Assembly: GCF_036365525.1 (NCBI RefSeq)
Contig: NC_090404.1
Coordinates: 4,588,001 to 4,652,000 of the forward strand
DNA from: Heterodontus francisci
Taxonomy: Eukaryota
Direction of reading: 5' to 3'
DNA: 64,000 bases
Part shown: in pieces, positions 1 through 12,459 of the stretch
Layout: every line of letters begins with the position of its first letter
How positions within the stretch are numbered: position 1 is the stretch's first letter
Notes under the pieces: model-generated
The model's database searches: none
What the model saw: only the letters and a program-made list of their open reading frames with translations
Told to the model about the DNA's origin: nothing
Position numbers and translations under genes: made by a program

Positions 1-257
1 CCTATTATTTTTACACCTCTCTGAGATTTGCTGACATATCTGCTCCGTTACCTCTCCGTGGCTGTTTGGAGGCCTGGAGTGCAGTTGGGGGTACTCATTC
101 AAGGAATGCACAAAATTAATATGTAAGTGCAGCAGGCGATTAGGAAGGCAAATGGAATGTTGGCCTTTATTACAAGGGGGTCGAAATACAGGAAGAAAGA
201 AGTCTTACTGAAACACTGTCTGCATTTTTGGTCTCCACATTTAAGAAAGGAATTTTT

Positions 258-1620
258 TATTCGTTACATGGGATGTGGGCGTCGCTGGCCAGGCCAGCAT
301 TTATTGCCCATCCCTAATTGCCCTTGAGAAGGTGGTGGTGAGATGCCTTCTTCAACCGCGGGTAGGTACGCACAGTGCTATTAGGAACGGAGTTCCAGGT
401 TTTGATGTAGTGACAGTGAAGGAACAGAGATCTCGTTCGAAGTCAGGGTGGTGTGTGGCTTGGAGGGGATCTTGCAGGTGGTGGTGTTCCCAACCATTGC
501 TGCCCTTGTCCTTCTAGTTGGTAGAGGTCGCGGCTTTGGAAGGTGCTGTCGAATGAGCCTTGCTGCATTGCTGCAATGCATCTTGTAGATGGCACACATT
601 GCTGCCACTGTGCGTCGGTGGTGAAGCGAGTGAATGTTTGCGGATGGGGTACCAATCAAGCCGGTTGCTTTGTCCTTGACGGTGTCCAGATTCTTGAATG
701 TTGTTGGAGCTACATCCATCCAGGCAAGTGGAGAGTACTCCCTCACAATCCTGACTTGTGCCTTGCAGATGGCAGACTGGCTTTGGGGAGTCAGGAGGTG
801 AGTTACTTGCCACAGGATGCCTAGCCTCTGACCTGCATTTGTAGTCACGGCTACTCCTGTATGTTTCTGATCAATGTTCACCATCAGGATGTTGATAGTG
901 GGGGATTCGGCGATCATAATGCCATTGAATGACAAGGGGAGATGGTTAGATTCTCTTTTGATGAAGATGGTCATTGCCTGGCACGTCGGTGGTACGAACG
1001 TTGCTTGCCACTTATCAGTCCTCACTGGATATTGTCCAGGTCTGGCTGTATTAATACACGGGATGCTTCAGTATATGAGGAGTTGCGAATGGTGCTGAAT
1101 ATTGTGTAATCATCAGCGAACATCCCCACTTCTGACCTTATGATTGAAGGAAGGTCATTGATGCAGCAGCTTAAGATGGTTGGGCCTAGGACAGTACCCT
1201 GAGGAACTCCTGCAATGATGTCCTGCAACTGAGAATTTTGACCTCCAACAACCACAGCCATCGTCCTTTGCACTAGGTATGAGTCCAACCAGTGGAAAAG
1301 CTTCCCCCTGATTCTCATTGATTCCAGTTTTACTAGGGCTCCTTGGTGTCGTTCTCGGTCAAATGTTGCCTTGATGTCAAGGGCAATCACTCTCACCTCA
1401 CCTCGAGAGTACAGCTCTTTTTTCCATGTTTGAACCAAGGCTGTAATGAGGTCTGGAACTGAGTGGCCCTGGCGGAACTCAAACTGAGCGTCACTGAGCA
1501 TGTTATTGCTGAGCAACTGCCGCTTGATGGCACTGTCCGGGTCACCTTCCATCACTTTACTGATCATCGAGAGTGGACTGATGGTGCAGTAATTGGCCAG
1601 CTTGGTTTTGCCTTGCCTTT
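258..1620 (-). mobile_element. CR1/L2-clade LINE, 5'-truncated, decayed RT region and 3' tail
   Basis: ORFs 1022-1651 and 381-1025 carry RT motifs (NYCTISPLS, ALDIKATFD, GVPQG..LGP, FADD). The 3' tail GGGCAATAAATGCTGGCC recurs at ~44220 and ~47400. Confidence 0.85.
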
Positions 1621-1726
1621 TGGGGAGGCGGTGTCGTAGAGGCATTGTCAATGCACTAGTAATCCAGAAACGCAGGGTATTCCCTTAAGGGAAGGAGTTC
1701 GAATCCCACCATGGCAGAAATTGGAC

Positions 1727-1835
1727 GAAAAGCAAAATACTGCGGATGCTCGAAATCTGAAATAAAAACAAGAAATGCTGGAACCACTCAGCAGGTTGGG
1801 CAGCATCTGTGGAGAGAGAAGCAGAGTTAACGTTA
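1727..1835. repeat. Penelope-like element terminal repeat fragment
   Basis: AAAGCAAAATACTGCGGATGCT...CAGCATCTGTGGAGAGAGAAGCAGAGTTAACGTT. The same motif flanks GIY-YIG-bearing elements at 5886 and 15955 and recurs at 26633, 42575, 44375 and 45825-46120. Confidence 0.6.
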
Positions 1836-1839
1836 AGGG

Positions 1840-2255
1840 ACACTGACTATGATGAGAGGTTGAGTAAATTGGCCGATATTCTCTGGAGTTTAGAAGAATG
1901 AGAGGTCTTCTAATTGCCAGGGTAGAAGCTGAGAGATGGTTTTCATTGGTCAGGGAATGCAGAAAACTGGGACACAGCCTTAGGATAAGGGGCCAATCAT
2001 TCAGGCGTCAGATGAGGAGAAATTACTGCACTCAAAGCTTTGTGAATGTTTGGAATTCTCTACCACAGAGGGTTGTGGATGCTCCACTATTGCATACATT
2101 TAAGGCTGGGATAGATAGTTGTTTGGCTTCGCAAGGATTCAAAGGGTATGGGGAGTGGTAGGAAAGTGGCGTAGAAGCCCAAGATCAGCCATGATCATTT
2201 TAAATGGCGGAGCAGTCTCGATGGACCAGATGATCTACTTCTGCTCCTCTTGCTT
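1840..2255 (+). mobile_element. CR1 LINE 3' fragment
   Basis: ORF 1898-2161 ends in the CR1 ORF2 C-terminal motif (RRNY.TQ..VNVWNSLPQRVV..FKAGID). Confidence 0.75.
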
Positions 2256-2481
2256 GTGTTCTTGTGGGAGCTCCCTTGGGCAGTGGTATTTGGCAAATAA
2301 CCCTCTGGCTGGGTAATCTTTTGCAAGTTTCGATTGGATGCTGCTTTCATGCAACTGATGCACTTAAAACTTGCCTCCTCCCAACTGAATAGAATTCCGC
2401 AAGTGTTGTTGTCGAGAGTTGTTGTCATTTCAAATTTCAGTGAGATCTTTGTTTCACAGCAGAGGCTGTTTATCGGTGTGA

Positions 2482-2497
2482 CAGCGCCCTCTGGTGA
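2482..2497 (-). promoter_or_regulatory. Candidate CTCF-binding element
   Basis: Minus strand TCACCAGAGGGCGCTG is a near-consensus CTCF core, with AGTTCC at the upstream-motif position. Confidence 0.55.
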
Positions 2498-2534
2498 GCA
2501 CTAATCGGAACTCTCATTCTGGAGTTTTTGACGA

Positions 2535-4900
2535 GAACATCGGAGCAGGAGCAGGCCACACAGCCAATCGAGCCGACTCCGCCATTCAACACGATCTTGG
2601 CAGATCATCCACTTCAACGACTTTTCCCACGCTATCTCCCCTTTATGCCATTGACGTCTAGAAATCATGTTAATGATTGCTTTAAATATCCTCATTGACT
2701 GAGTTTCCACAAACCTATGGGGTAGAGAATTCCAAAGATTCACAACCCTCTGAGTAATGACATTTCTCCTCATCTCTGCCTGAAGTGGTTTCACCCTTAT
2801 TTTGAGATTGTGCCCCCTGGTTCTAGATCCCCCAACAAGGGGAAACATCTTACCTGCATCTACCCTGTCTATCCCCTTAAGTATTTTGTAAGTTACAATG
2901 AGATCATCTCTCATTCTTCGAAACTCTAGAGAATACAGGCCCAGGTTCCCCACTCTTTTTTCAGAAGGCAGTCCTGCCATCCCGGGAGCAAACCTGGTGA
3001 GCCTCGTTGCACTCTCTCTTTGTTAATAATATCCTTCCTCAGTAAGGGAACCAAAACGGCACACAATCCTGCAGGTGCTGTTTAACCGAGGTTCTATACA
3101 ATTGAAGCCAGACTTCACTAGTCCCGTACTCAAAACCTCTTGCAAAAAAATCTAACATGTCATCAGCCTTCCTAATTGCTTGTTGCACCTGCATGTTCGC
3201 TTTCAATGACTTATTGACGAGGACACCCAGGTCTCTTTTACATCTGCTTTTATTTTAGAGATACAGCACTGAAACAGGCCCTTCGGCTCACCGAGTCTGT
3301 GCCGACCATCAACCACCCATTTATACCAATGCTACACTAATCCCATATTTCTACCTCATCCCCACCTGTCCCTATATTTCCCGACCACCTACCTACACTA
3401 GGGGCAATTGCTAATGGCCAATTTACCTGTCAACCTGCAAGTCTTTGGCATGTGGGAGGAAACCGGAGCAGCCGGAGGAAACCCACGCAAACACAGGGAG
3501 AACTTGCAAACTCCACACAGGCAGTACCCAGAATTGAACCCGGGTCGCTGGAGCTGTGAGGCTGCGGTGCTAACCACTGCATTATTTAATCTCTTACTAT
3601 TTAAGAAATACTCTGCACATCTATTCCTCCTGGCAAAGTGAATAACCTCACATTTTTCCACATTATGTCCATCTGCCACGTTCTTGCCTACTCACTAGGT
3701 CTCTCCAAATCCCCTTGAAGCCGCTTTGCATCTTCCTCACAACAGACATTCCCGTCTAGTTTTGTGTCATCCACGAACATTGAAATATTACATTTGGTTC
3801 CCATATCTAAATCATTGACATATATTGTGAACAGCTGGAGCCTAAATACTGATCCTCGTTTTACCTCACCAGTCACAGCCTGCTAATGCGAGAATTACCC
3901 ATTTATTACTACTCTCTGCTTTCAGCCTGTTAACAAATCCTTAAACTACTCCAGTATATATTACCTCCTATCGCATGTGCTTTCATTTTGCTGACCAACC
4001 TCCTGTGGCGGACTTTATCAAAACGTTCTGAAAATCCATGTATACTACGTCCATTGACTCTCCTTCATCACTTCTGTTAGTAATATCTTCAAAAAACTTC
4101 TAAAGTTTCGTCAAACATGATTTCCCATTCATAAAACCATGTTTACTATGCACAGTCTGATCATTATTATCCAAGTGTCCACTTATTACATCCGTTACAA
4201 TACATTCTAGCATTTCCCCAGCACTGATGTAAGACTAACAGGTCCTGTGCTTCCCTGTTTTCTCTCTCCCTCCCTTCTTAAATTGTGGGGTGACATTTCT
4301 CACCTTCCAATTTGCCGGAAACGTTCCAGAATCTATAGAATTTTGGAATATGATCACCAACACTTCCACTATCTCATTGTTGCCGCTTTTAAAACACTGA
4401 GATACGAACATAGGAATTCGGAGCAGGAGTAGGCCACTCAGCCCCTCGAACCTGCTACACCATTCAATACGTTCATGGCTGAACTGATTATTGCACATTA
4501 CCACCTACCCCCGATCATCTTTCACCCCCTTGCTTATCAAGAAGCTATCTACCTCCGCCTTAAACATATTAAAAGACTCTGCTTCCATTGTCTTCTGAGG
4601 AAGAGAGTTCCAAAGACCCACGACCCTCTGAGAGAACTGGGATGAGAGAGGGATATACAATATCAGGTCCCATGGACTTATCAGCATTTAGCCCTATTAA
4701 TTGCTCCAATACAACCTTCTTACTAACACCAAATTCCTTCAATTACTCATTCTCCCTAGTCCCTTGAATCTCTAAAGCTGGGAGATTAATTATACCTTCC
4801 TCAGTGAAGACTGACACAAAGTAAACATTTAGCTTCTCTACCATTTCTCTAATCCCCACTTTAAATTCACTTGAATCTGCCTGTAATGGACCCACATTAG
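2535..4900 (-). mobile_element. Decayed CR1 LINE (RT and C-terminus) with nested insertions
   Basis: ORFs 2501-2980, 3688-3876 and 4235-4504 give CR1 ORF2 pieces (WK.ANVTPLFKKG-like, FVDDTKL, TQRVVNLWNSLP). Confidence 0.8.
3248..3580 (-). mobile_element. V-SINE (HE1-like, tRNA-derived)
   Basis: tRNA-like head GCAGTGGTTAGCACCGCAGCCTCACAGCTCCAG, V-domain TGTGTGGAGTTTGCAAGTTCTCCC and CR1-type tail GAGCCGAAGGGCCTGTTTCAG. Confidence 0.8.
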
Positions 4901-4940
4901 CCTGAGCCTAACGAGTACGATGCAAACCTGAAGTACTGCG

Positions 4941-5433
4941 GGGCTCATGGCGCAGAAATGCAAGGTGATGTTGGAGATCAGGGCATTGCCAATCGCTAGC
5001 TCAGTAATCTTGGCATCTTTTGTCAACATAGAAACAAACCAATTAATGATGTCGGTGTTCCTGTGTACATTCCCTCCATTACGATGAAGCATACACTGTG
5101 CCGGCTGCCCAGGGTGCTGACTGCACCAGTACATATAAGTGTTAGAATCGTTTCTCTTTTCAAGCTGCACAGTCGTGTGATGTTACTTTTCTCTTCAATT
5201 GTCATTTCAAGGACAGTCTGTTCAATTGTGTCTTGGTGGTTCAATTATAAGAGAATATCATAGTAATAGTCATGATTAGAAGCATTATCATCACCACCAT
5301 CTCAATGAACATAATTATCATCATTTGACCAATAATGAAACCTAGGTTGCAGCAGGGAAAATGCATTTTTGCTTGAAAGGAAACATTACAGTAAAGTAAT
5401 TTAATGATGATTAACAGTGTGAGCCTGTTCCAT
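4941..5433 (-). pseudogene. TCR alpha/delta-type V pseudogene 1 (leader ~5390-5433, V exon ~4941-5245)
   Basis: Two frames join to give DTIEQTVLEMTIEEKSNITRLC.../..NTYMYWCSQHPGQPAQCML...FVSMLTKDAKITELAIGNALISNITLHFCAMSP (Cys 5167-5169, Trp 5126-5128, Cys 4952-4954). Defects: frameshift, mutated acceptor, degenerate heptamer CGCAGTA (4934-4940), no nonamer, leader 2 bp short. Confidence 0.7.
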
Positions 5434-5640
5434 ATGATGCTTTCTGAGTCTGTAACTCTGCAGTCTGGAAAATCCGCTGTCTGAGCGAACGCATTTCCTA
5501 ACCCACTGACCTTCTAACTCAGCCAGTGCCAAACAGGGAACAGTGACAGCAATCTCTCCATAAACACAGGGGAAGCAAGGCGGCTCAGAGCCAAAGCAAC
5601 TGAAGTTTTGCGGGCGGGGCTGCCGCGGGGGCAGTGTTGA
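5434..5640 (-). promoter_or_regulatory. Putative V promoter of pseudogene 1
   Basis: Directly 5' of the leader ATG, contains a GC box (GGGCGGGG) and aligns by eye with 16889-17075. Confidence 0.5.
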
Positions 5641-5885
5641 CACACGGAGGATTCATTTGTAAGGAACTGAATTCATTCATAATGTCTCAATCTGAAATTG
5701 TATAACTCTACCTGTCTCGAAGAGTTGTTTTACTTGCGAAATTATTGCACATTCGCTACAAGCAGGCTTGCGATATGAAAGACAGAATTATTATATTATT
5801 TACAAGTTACCGAAATCTTCATCAGTGAAGTGGGTTAAAACTCGGGTGGGAATGTAACGGTGGGAAATGGAATGAAATGTTAATA

Positions 5886-6435
5886 AAAGCAAAATACTGC
5901 AGATGTTGGAAATCTAATCGGACAAGGTCACAGAAAATAACTGAGCAGCAGGTCATGGACCAAAGGCAGCGGTATGTTACTGGTGTGGTCACATACAAGC
6001 GTTACTGCAGAGAGGGTGCAAATTGACAGAAAAAGAACAGCCCTGACCCCAAGCACAAGCATGGAAAAAACTGTGAGTAGGCACAATAGAAACAAACGAA
6101 GCAAATTAAAGTAAAATAAAAGAAACAAATAACAAAGAAAAAAGAAAAAATAACTAAGAATAAAAATTAAAAGGTGGGTCCGTCATGCACTGAAATTTTG
6201 AACTCATTGTTCAGTCCGGCAGGCTGTCGTGTGCCGAATCGGTAAATGAGATGCTGTTCCTCGAGCTTGCGTTGTCGTTCACTGGATCACTGCAGCAATC
6301 CCAGGACAGAGATGTGGGCATGAGAACAGGGGGTGTATTGAAATGGACAGCAACCGGAAACTCGGGGTCGTGCTTTCGGACTGAGTGGAGGTGTTCCGCA
6401 AAGCGGTCACCCAAACTGCGTTTAGTCTCCTCGAC
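5886..6435 (-). mobile_element. Penelope-like element 3' fragment (GIY-YIG endonuclease C-terminus)
   Basis: LGDRFAEHLHSVRKHDPEFPVAVHFN and RKLEEQHLIYR..RQPAGLN, plus the terminal repeat at 5886. Confidence 0.75.
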
Positions 6436-6751
6436 ATTGGGGACGGAAGTGACTGTTCAGAGTGGTAGAAATGGACGGGAGAAGAAATTCCAGCCGGTCG
6501 AATAACAACACGGCGCTGTTTCTTCCTTTCCAGTTCTGTAAGGTCGCAGTCTCTATTTCTGAAGTTCAGACTGGAACCGCAGAGATAAAACTCTGCCTGA
6601 CACCACTTATTGTCCTGATCACAGGTCGGTACCATTAGAAACTCCCTGCAACATTCGCCAATCATCATTAAATTTCCCATCTCCAGCTGTGGGTCACTTT
6701 CACTTTATTGTACTTCATCTAACATGCTGTGTGTCCGCTGTTTATTTTCAG

Positions 6752-7058
6752 AGATGGGTAACAGAGACTCAGGGCTCCAGTAAGAACAAGGAGTTGGATC
6801 AGTAAATTTAGCAATAATCTATAGTTGTTCTGCATTGTTTCACTTGCCAGCTGTAACCTGTTCTGGTATCACCAGTATCCACACCGAGCTCCTTAGTATC
6901 TGTTCAGAACCGATAGTCACGGCAAGAAGGAAACGGCTCCCGGTTTTGAACACTTCAGCGGTAATCTCAACCGGATGCAAGGCACTTTTCTCCTGCCTAT
7001 GAAAGGCTTGAGGATCACAGACAACGACTATTATTACTGCACCATAAGACCCACAGTG
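6752..7058 (+). pseudogene. TCR alpha/delta-type V pseudogene 2
   Basis: Acceptor TTTATTTTCAG ends at 6751. Translation LFWYHQYPHRAP*YLFRT...FSGNLNRMQGTFLLPMKGLRITDNDYYYCTIRP, stops at 6781 and 6894. Perfect heptamer CACAGTG at 7052-7058 but no recognisable nonamer. Confidence 0.8.
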
Positions 7059-7935
7059 AATAAGATTCCTCGAGCAGAACACAGGTCGGCATTAAGGGTG
7101 GGCGCCAAGAAAATACATGGGATTGAATCCCAGAGAGTTTGCACAGAAAATGAAGGGAATATGCACTTTTTCCGAGCTGTTTTCTCAGTCAGTGCTCTCA
7201 CCGTTGTGAAAGGTAACATTTTTGTAGCATTTGAATCTAGGGTCAAATTCAGATATTCCCAGCTACCTGTTAACAATGACTTGCAGATCTCTGGGATGAA
7301 TAACAGGATCGATCTGTCCAAGTAACATATCCGTCAGGCCACATCTTGCAAAGTTTCTGGAATTGCATTGGTAACAAAAGTGGCTGAATGAAATCATCAC
7401 TTTACTGGTACAAGTTGAACATAAGTGATACCGCACAACGATTTGAAGAGGAGTGGCTACTTATAATGTCCCTGATAGCCTTAGGACTGTAGCAATGATG
7501 TTCATGGTCGGGAGGGTATTCATTCATACCAGGGCTTGAGAGCAAATCGAATGATTTCACCTTAATTAGAGAGAGATCTATTTCTCATATAACATAAAGA
7601 TATCCAGTTAGACAACAATGGAGACAATGTGAGAAAGAAGCAGAAAGACTGCCAACGAGATAAACAACAAGTGACTGAGACAGGGAGAAAGACGCACAAA
7701 CGTATTCAGGGAAGAAAGTATTGGTGAGACAAAGCAGTAATTAGTACTCAACGAACCTGATTGGTTCACAGCTAACATAATATCTGAGCCACCAGCCAAC
7801 GTAACCCAGAGAAACACCCGTCCGTTTTCCAATAAGTGAATTCTGCCTCGATCAAAGGTCATTCTTCAATATCGGATTGGAAAATTAACAATTAAAGCAT
7901 TCTGCTATTTTCAGTCGAACGCTAAACCAGACAGC

Positions 7936-8402
7936 ATGTGCTTCCTACGTTTCTTACTGATGATACTGGTCTTGTTGTCCGGTGAACCTATGTTTAAATG
8001 ATCAGTGTGTCCTCCATTGGTTATATTCAGTCTTTTGATTTTGACTTCTGTGTATTGTTACAGGAATGAGTGGTGACGATTCAGTGTCCCTGGACCCACT
8101 TGAATTAACGGTTCAGGAAAGACGGGTGGTAATTCTGAACTTTAGTTACACGACAGCGTAGCCTGACTTAAATCTCTTCTGGTACATGCAGTATCTGAGG
8201 GAAGCTCCGAGATTTTACTGAGAACATGCGGCATGATAAAGGGGGATAAATCTCCAGATTTTCCGGATTCTGGTGAATTGGATAAAGACAAGAAAACAGT
8301 TCCTTCAAAGGTCGACGGGGCTCTTGTCTCTGACTCTGCGGTGCGTTACTGTGTCCTCCGCCCCACACTGTCAGAGGAGCGCAGTAAGTCAGTACAAACA
8401 TG
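7936..8402 (+). pseudogene. TCR alpha/delta-type V pseudogene 3 (leader 7936-7981, V exon 8064-8363, 23-RSS 8364-8402)
   Basis: Leader MCFLRFLLMILVLLS. V: DSVSLDPLELTVQERRVVILNFSYTTA*PDLNLFWYMQYLREAPRF/...ELDKDKKTVPSKVDGALVSDSAVRYCVLRP. First Cys is Phe (8141), TAG at 8159, frameshift near 8214. RSS CACACTG-23-ACAAACATG. Confidence 0.88.
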
Positions 8403-9138
8403 GCAAAGGACTCTCACCTCCTCTCACTGAATCTGGATTGTTATCTGATAATGGAACACAAACCAAACTATGGAGGGAAACACATGGGTCAATTTATAGA
8501 TGGGTAGTTCATTAAACAGTTAGAAAGATAAATGGACAGTCTCCCCGCCTTCACTTTCTCATTCAATGATCACTTCCTCCTTTGTTTTGAAAGTATCCAG
8601 CTGCTGCAGACAAACGCCTGTGAATTCCGGCTGTGGAGTCTGTGAGTATAAAGCTCAGTGTGTTTCACAGCTCAGTAAGGGGTTGGTTCTTGTTCGTTTG
8701 GGAGCTGAATGATGAGATAGTTGGACATTAGCACTTCAGTCATCACTCCGATTGCCCGACTGCAACATAACCAAGAGGTGGATCGGATCATGAAGAATAT
8801 AAAACAGTTAACTCTGGATATAACTTTAAATTAAACTGCGGAATTATAGCTTAGGGACACGGGTTCAAACTATGAAAGGTCATTTCAGGACCGGTATCAG
8901 GAAATTCTTCAGCAATCAATGCGTGGAATCAAGTTCCAGATGCAACAGAAGATGGTCAAACCTGGGAATAATTTCATTAAATGATGGATATTCCAATGGC
9001 GAAGATAGGAGCAGGATGGGGTTGGAGGCATGTTGGTGTTAGACAGTCTATCCTAAGAGTGGCAGAATTCCAACTCCCGCCCTGCATGATCCTGTGATCT
9101 TGTGATCAATCGCAGGAGTCGGCAATTTCTTTTGGACA

Positions 9139-9172
9139 TGCAGTCGCTTGTAGTCACCAGCAGAGGGCACTA
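9139..9172 (+). promoter_or_regulatory. Candidate CTCF-binding element with upstream motif
   Basis: Core CCAGCAGAGGGCACTA (9157-9172) preceded 18 bp upstream by TGCAGT. Confidence 0.6.
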
Positions 9173-9703
9173 AATGTCTTCACTGTGTTGGTGTCAATGT
9201 GGAAGCGACTGCAGCTTCAGTATTGAGTAACTTTACTGAAGAAGCGGATTGAAGAAAAGTTTCGGTAACAGAACCATTCATTTCAAATGGAAGTTGTTTT
9301 TATCAATGTCATGATGAAGGAATAAAATATTATTACTAATGGCGATATTCTGCATTTTTTAACAAGCAGATCACCACAGAATCACTCAGTCCATTTGTTG
9401 CGACACTCCGCCACTCTCCTCAAAGCTGTTAATTATTCCCTATTGCATTCAAGTAAAAGGCGCTGGCTGTCTCGTTTATCTGCAGAACAACTGCAAACTT
9501 GTTATGCTGGCTGTGGAAATTCTAATGAGCAGTACACAGCTCTTCTCGTGGAATTCAATGGCACAGATGCCAGGACAACATGAATTATTTTCCTCATGCA
9601 CCAGCCTCACAGACTGGCTCTGTTAAAGGGCCAACATTGAGTTTTAACCCCGTCCAGTTCCCTGTTGTGAGAGCAATTTCATTGGACTCCATGTTCACTG
9701 CTC

Positions 9704-9860
9704 TGATGTCATCAATTCTGGATGAAAGGACCGAAGAGCTGATTGGATGAATTGCAATACTAATGCGCTGAGTGCTGATTGGATGAACTGGAGAATAAAG
9801 GATTTGTGATCTGATTGGACGAATTAAACAACAAAGGACCCGTGAGTTGACTGGATGTCA
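9704..9860 (+). promoter_or_regulatory. V promoter with CRE-like site and phased inverted CCAAT boxes
   Basis: TGATGTCA at 9704-9711. ATTGG at 9742, 9778 and 9814 and ACTGG at 9850 give an exact 36-bp period, 140-290 bp upstream of the leader of pseudogene 4. Confidence 0.5.
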
Positions 9861-9992
9861 CCTGCTGTCCATGCCAGCAATGGACCTATTGGGAGAAAGG
9901 CTGGATATCGAACAGCATCTTCTAAAGGCCTGATGAAAACAATTCCAGCTTCAATCAGTTCAGTTCATATCAGCCCACAACTGTCTGAAAAC

Positions 9993-10806
9993 ATCTTGGA
10001 TGTTACTTTATATTTATTCCTCACAGCTGCAGCTCTCTCAACTGGTAAGTTCACAATTTACACAAGGCCGTCTTTCACATCTTGATCATATAGTTCATCG
10101 GTCTGTTCCCTGAAGACAAGGGTAACAATCGATTGATCAGAAGTGAACAAAGCAATCCGGATCTACCTTGAGTCTGAACACTGTTTGAGCAAACTCGACA
10201 AGCTCCCCCAATAAGAGAAATTTGAAGAGTTGAGCTGAGATTACAGGGGAATGGCTGACAGACATGTTCCTCCCCACCAGGGCTAATGACAGACACCGAT
10301 ACACACACGAGTCTTACACCCACAGGTCGTTTGTCGGCTTCCCTTTACAGTCGATCCCAGCACCTTCCTGTTGCAGCTTCTGAACTGTGGAAAGTGTATT
10401 TGTGTTTACCTGTCCTGATTTCTCAGTTAAGTATTGGGGCTAACGGGCTGATTCTGGGAGATAGACGTTGGTTAATTTAATATTGCTCTGTTCTTGCAGG
10501 ACATTGTCGAGGAGACTCCATTTCACAGTAACCAGCTGTAATCATAGTAAGTGAAGGAGACGATGTTCGGTTGCACTGTGATTATACAGCTACAAGCAGC
10601 AGCAATCCTTACCTATTCTGGTACCGTCAGTATGCCAGTGGATACATGGAATATCTGCTGCAAAGAAACAAATACAGTGAGGACCGAGAAAGATTTCCAG
10701 AGGACCGTTTTTCAGCGGAGCTCGATGATTCGATCCGAACCGTCCCGCTGAAAGAATCTAAAACAGAACTGACAGACTCTGCGGTGTACTACTGTGCACT
10801 GAGACC
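9993..10806 (+). pseudogene. TCR alpha/delta-type V pseudogene 4 (leader ~9993-10044, V exon 10500-10806)
   Basis: Leader (I)LDVTLYLFLTAAALST|GTAAGT has ATC where ATG is expected; an in-frame ATG exists at 9933. V: HCRGDSISQ*PAVIIVSEGDDVRLHCDYTATSSSNPYLFWYRQYASGYMEYLL...RFSAELDDSIRTVPLKESKTELTDSAVYYCALRP, with a single TAA at 10529-10531. Confidence 0.92.
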
Positions 10807-10845
10807 CACAGAGACACAGAGCTGGGCTGATCCTGTACAAAAACT
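10807..10845 (+). other. 23-RSS of V pseudogene 4
   Basis: CACAGAG, 23-bp spacer, ACAAAAACT; near-consensus. Confidence 0.93.
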
Positions 10846-11139
10846 ATCAGAGAGTTGCTCAACATAACAGCAAGTTAGGGAAACATTGTGATTGGAGGCG
10901 AGTGTCTGCATTAGTGATTAGAACTTGTACTGTTAATGTTAATATACAGTTATTCTTATTCCTGCAATGTTTCACTTTTCAAATAATGATCTAATTTCCT
11001 TTTAAAAGTAACGATTGAATCTACCTCCACCAACATTTTCAGACAGTGTATTATGGAGCATAACATCTCGCTGAATAAAGGCAAAATTCTCTTCCTTTTT
11101 CCTCTGTTTCTTTTAGCAAGTATCTATGTGTTTTTGTAG

Positions 11140-12445
11140 ATCAGCAACACCGGACAGCCCGCTTCTACCTCCTTCCGAAAATTCACAAACAAGACTGTCC
11201 TGGCAGACCCATCGTTTCAGCCTGTTCCTGCCCCACTGAACTTATTTCTTTCTATCTTGACTCTATCTTTTCTCAACTGGTCCAGTCTCTTCCCACCTGC
11301 ATCCGTGACTCTTCTGAAGCCCTACATCGTTTATGACAATTTCCAGTTTCCTGGCCCAAACCGCCTCCTCTTCACGATGGACGTCCAATGTTTCTACACC
11401 TCCATCCCCCACCAGGAAGGTCTGCGGGCTCACCCCTTCTTCCTTGAACAGAGTTCTTCATTATGCCTGCCTTTTTGTGGGATATGTCGAACATTCCTTG
11501 TTGTAGTCCAACTAAGGCCCCCTGACCCAACTCGTTTTCCGGTATATTGATGATTGTATCGCTGCCGTTTCCTGCACCCGCCCCGAACTGGAAATCTTTA
11601 TCAACTTTGCTTCTAATTTCCACCCTTCTCTCTCCTTTACATGGTCCATCTCCGACACATCCCTTCCCTTCCTTGACGTCATTGTCTCCATCTCTCGGGA
11701 TAGGCTGTCTAATATAAGCCCACAGACTCCCATAACTACCTCGACTACACTTCTTCACACCCGACCTCCTGTAAGTACTTTATTCCATTATCCCAGTTTC
11801 TCGGTCTCCAGCGCATCAGTTCTGATGATGCAACCTTCGGCAACAGCGCTTCTGACCCGCAACAGGGTTCCCCTTGTCCTCACTTTCCACCTCACCAGCC
11901 TCCATATCCAAAGGATCATCCTCCACCATTTCTGCCACGTCCAGCGTGATGCCAATACCAAACGCAGCTTCCCCTCCCCTCCCATGTCAGCATTCCGAAG
12001 GGATCATTCCCTCCGCGACACCCTCGTCCACTCCTCCATTACCCCCAAAGGCCGTCCCATTCCTATGGCTCCTTCCCATGCAATCACTGGAGGTGGAATA
12101 CCTGCCCCTTTACCTCCTCTCTCCTCACTATCCAAGGCCCGAAACACTCCGTTCAGGAGAAGCAGCGATTTACTTGTACTTCCTTCAATGCAGTATACGG
12201 TATTCGCTGCTCGCAATGCAGTCACCTCTGCACTAGGGAGACCAAAGGCAGTTTGGGTGACTGCTTTCGGGAACACCTCTGCTCAGTCTAAAAACATGCC
12301 CCGAGCTTCTTGTCGCTTGTCATTTCAATACCCGCACCCGCTCCCACCCATACAAAGTCCCGCCCCCTCCCTTCCTCCACCCACCCCCCACCCCTCCCCC
12401 CAACTCTGCTCTCTTGCCGAATTCTCTGTCCTGGACTTGCAGCAG
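11140..12445 (+). mobile_element. Penelope-like element (RT and GIY-YIG fragments)
   Basis: FYLLPKIHK..GRPIVS, LFTMDVQCFYTSIPH, FRYIDD, YCIRCSQC-like and GETK motifs, frameshifted. Confidence 0.8.
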
Positions 12446-12459
12446 TGTTACGTGTGCTG

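Noticed and set aside
10815-10845. Second CACAGAG inside the V4 spacer, a possible nested 12-RSS
   Set aside because: Distance to the nonamer is 15 bp.
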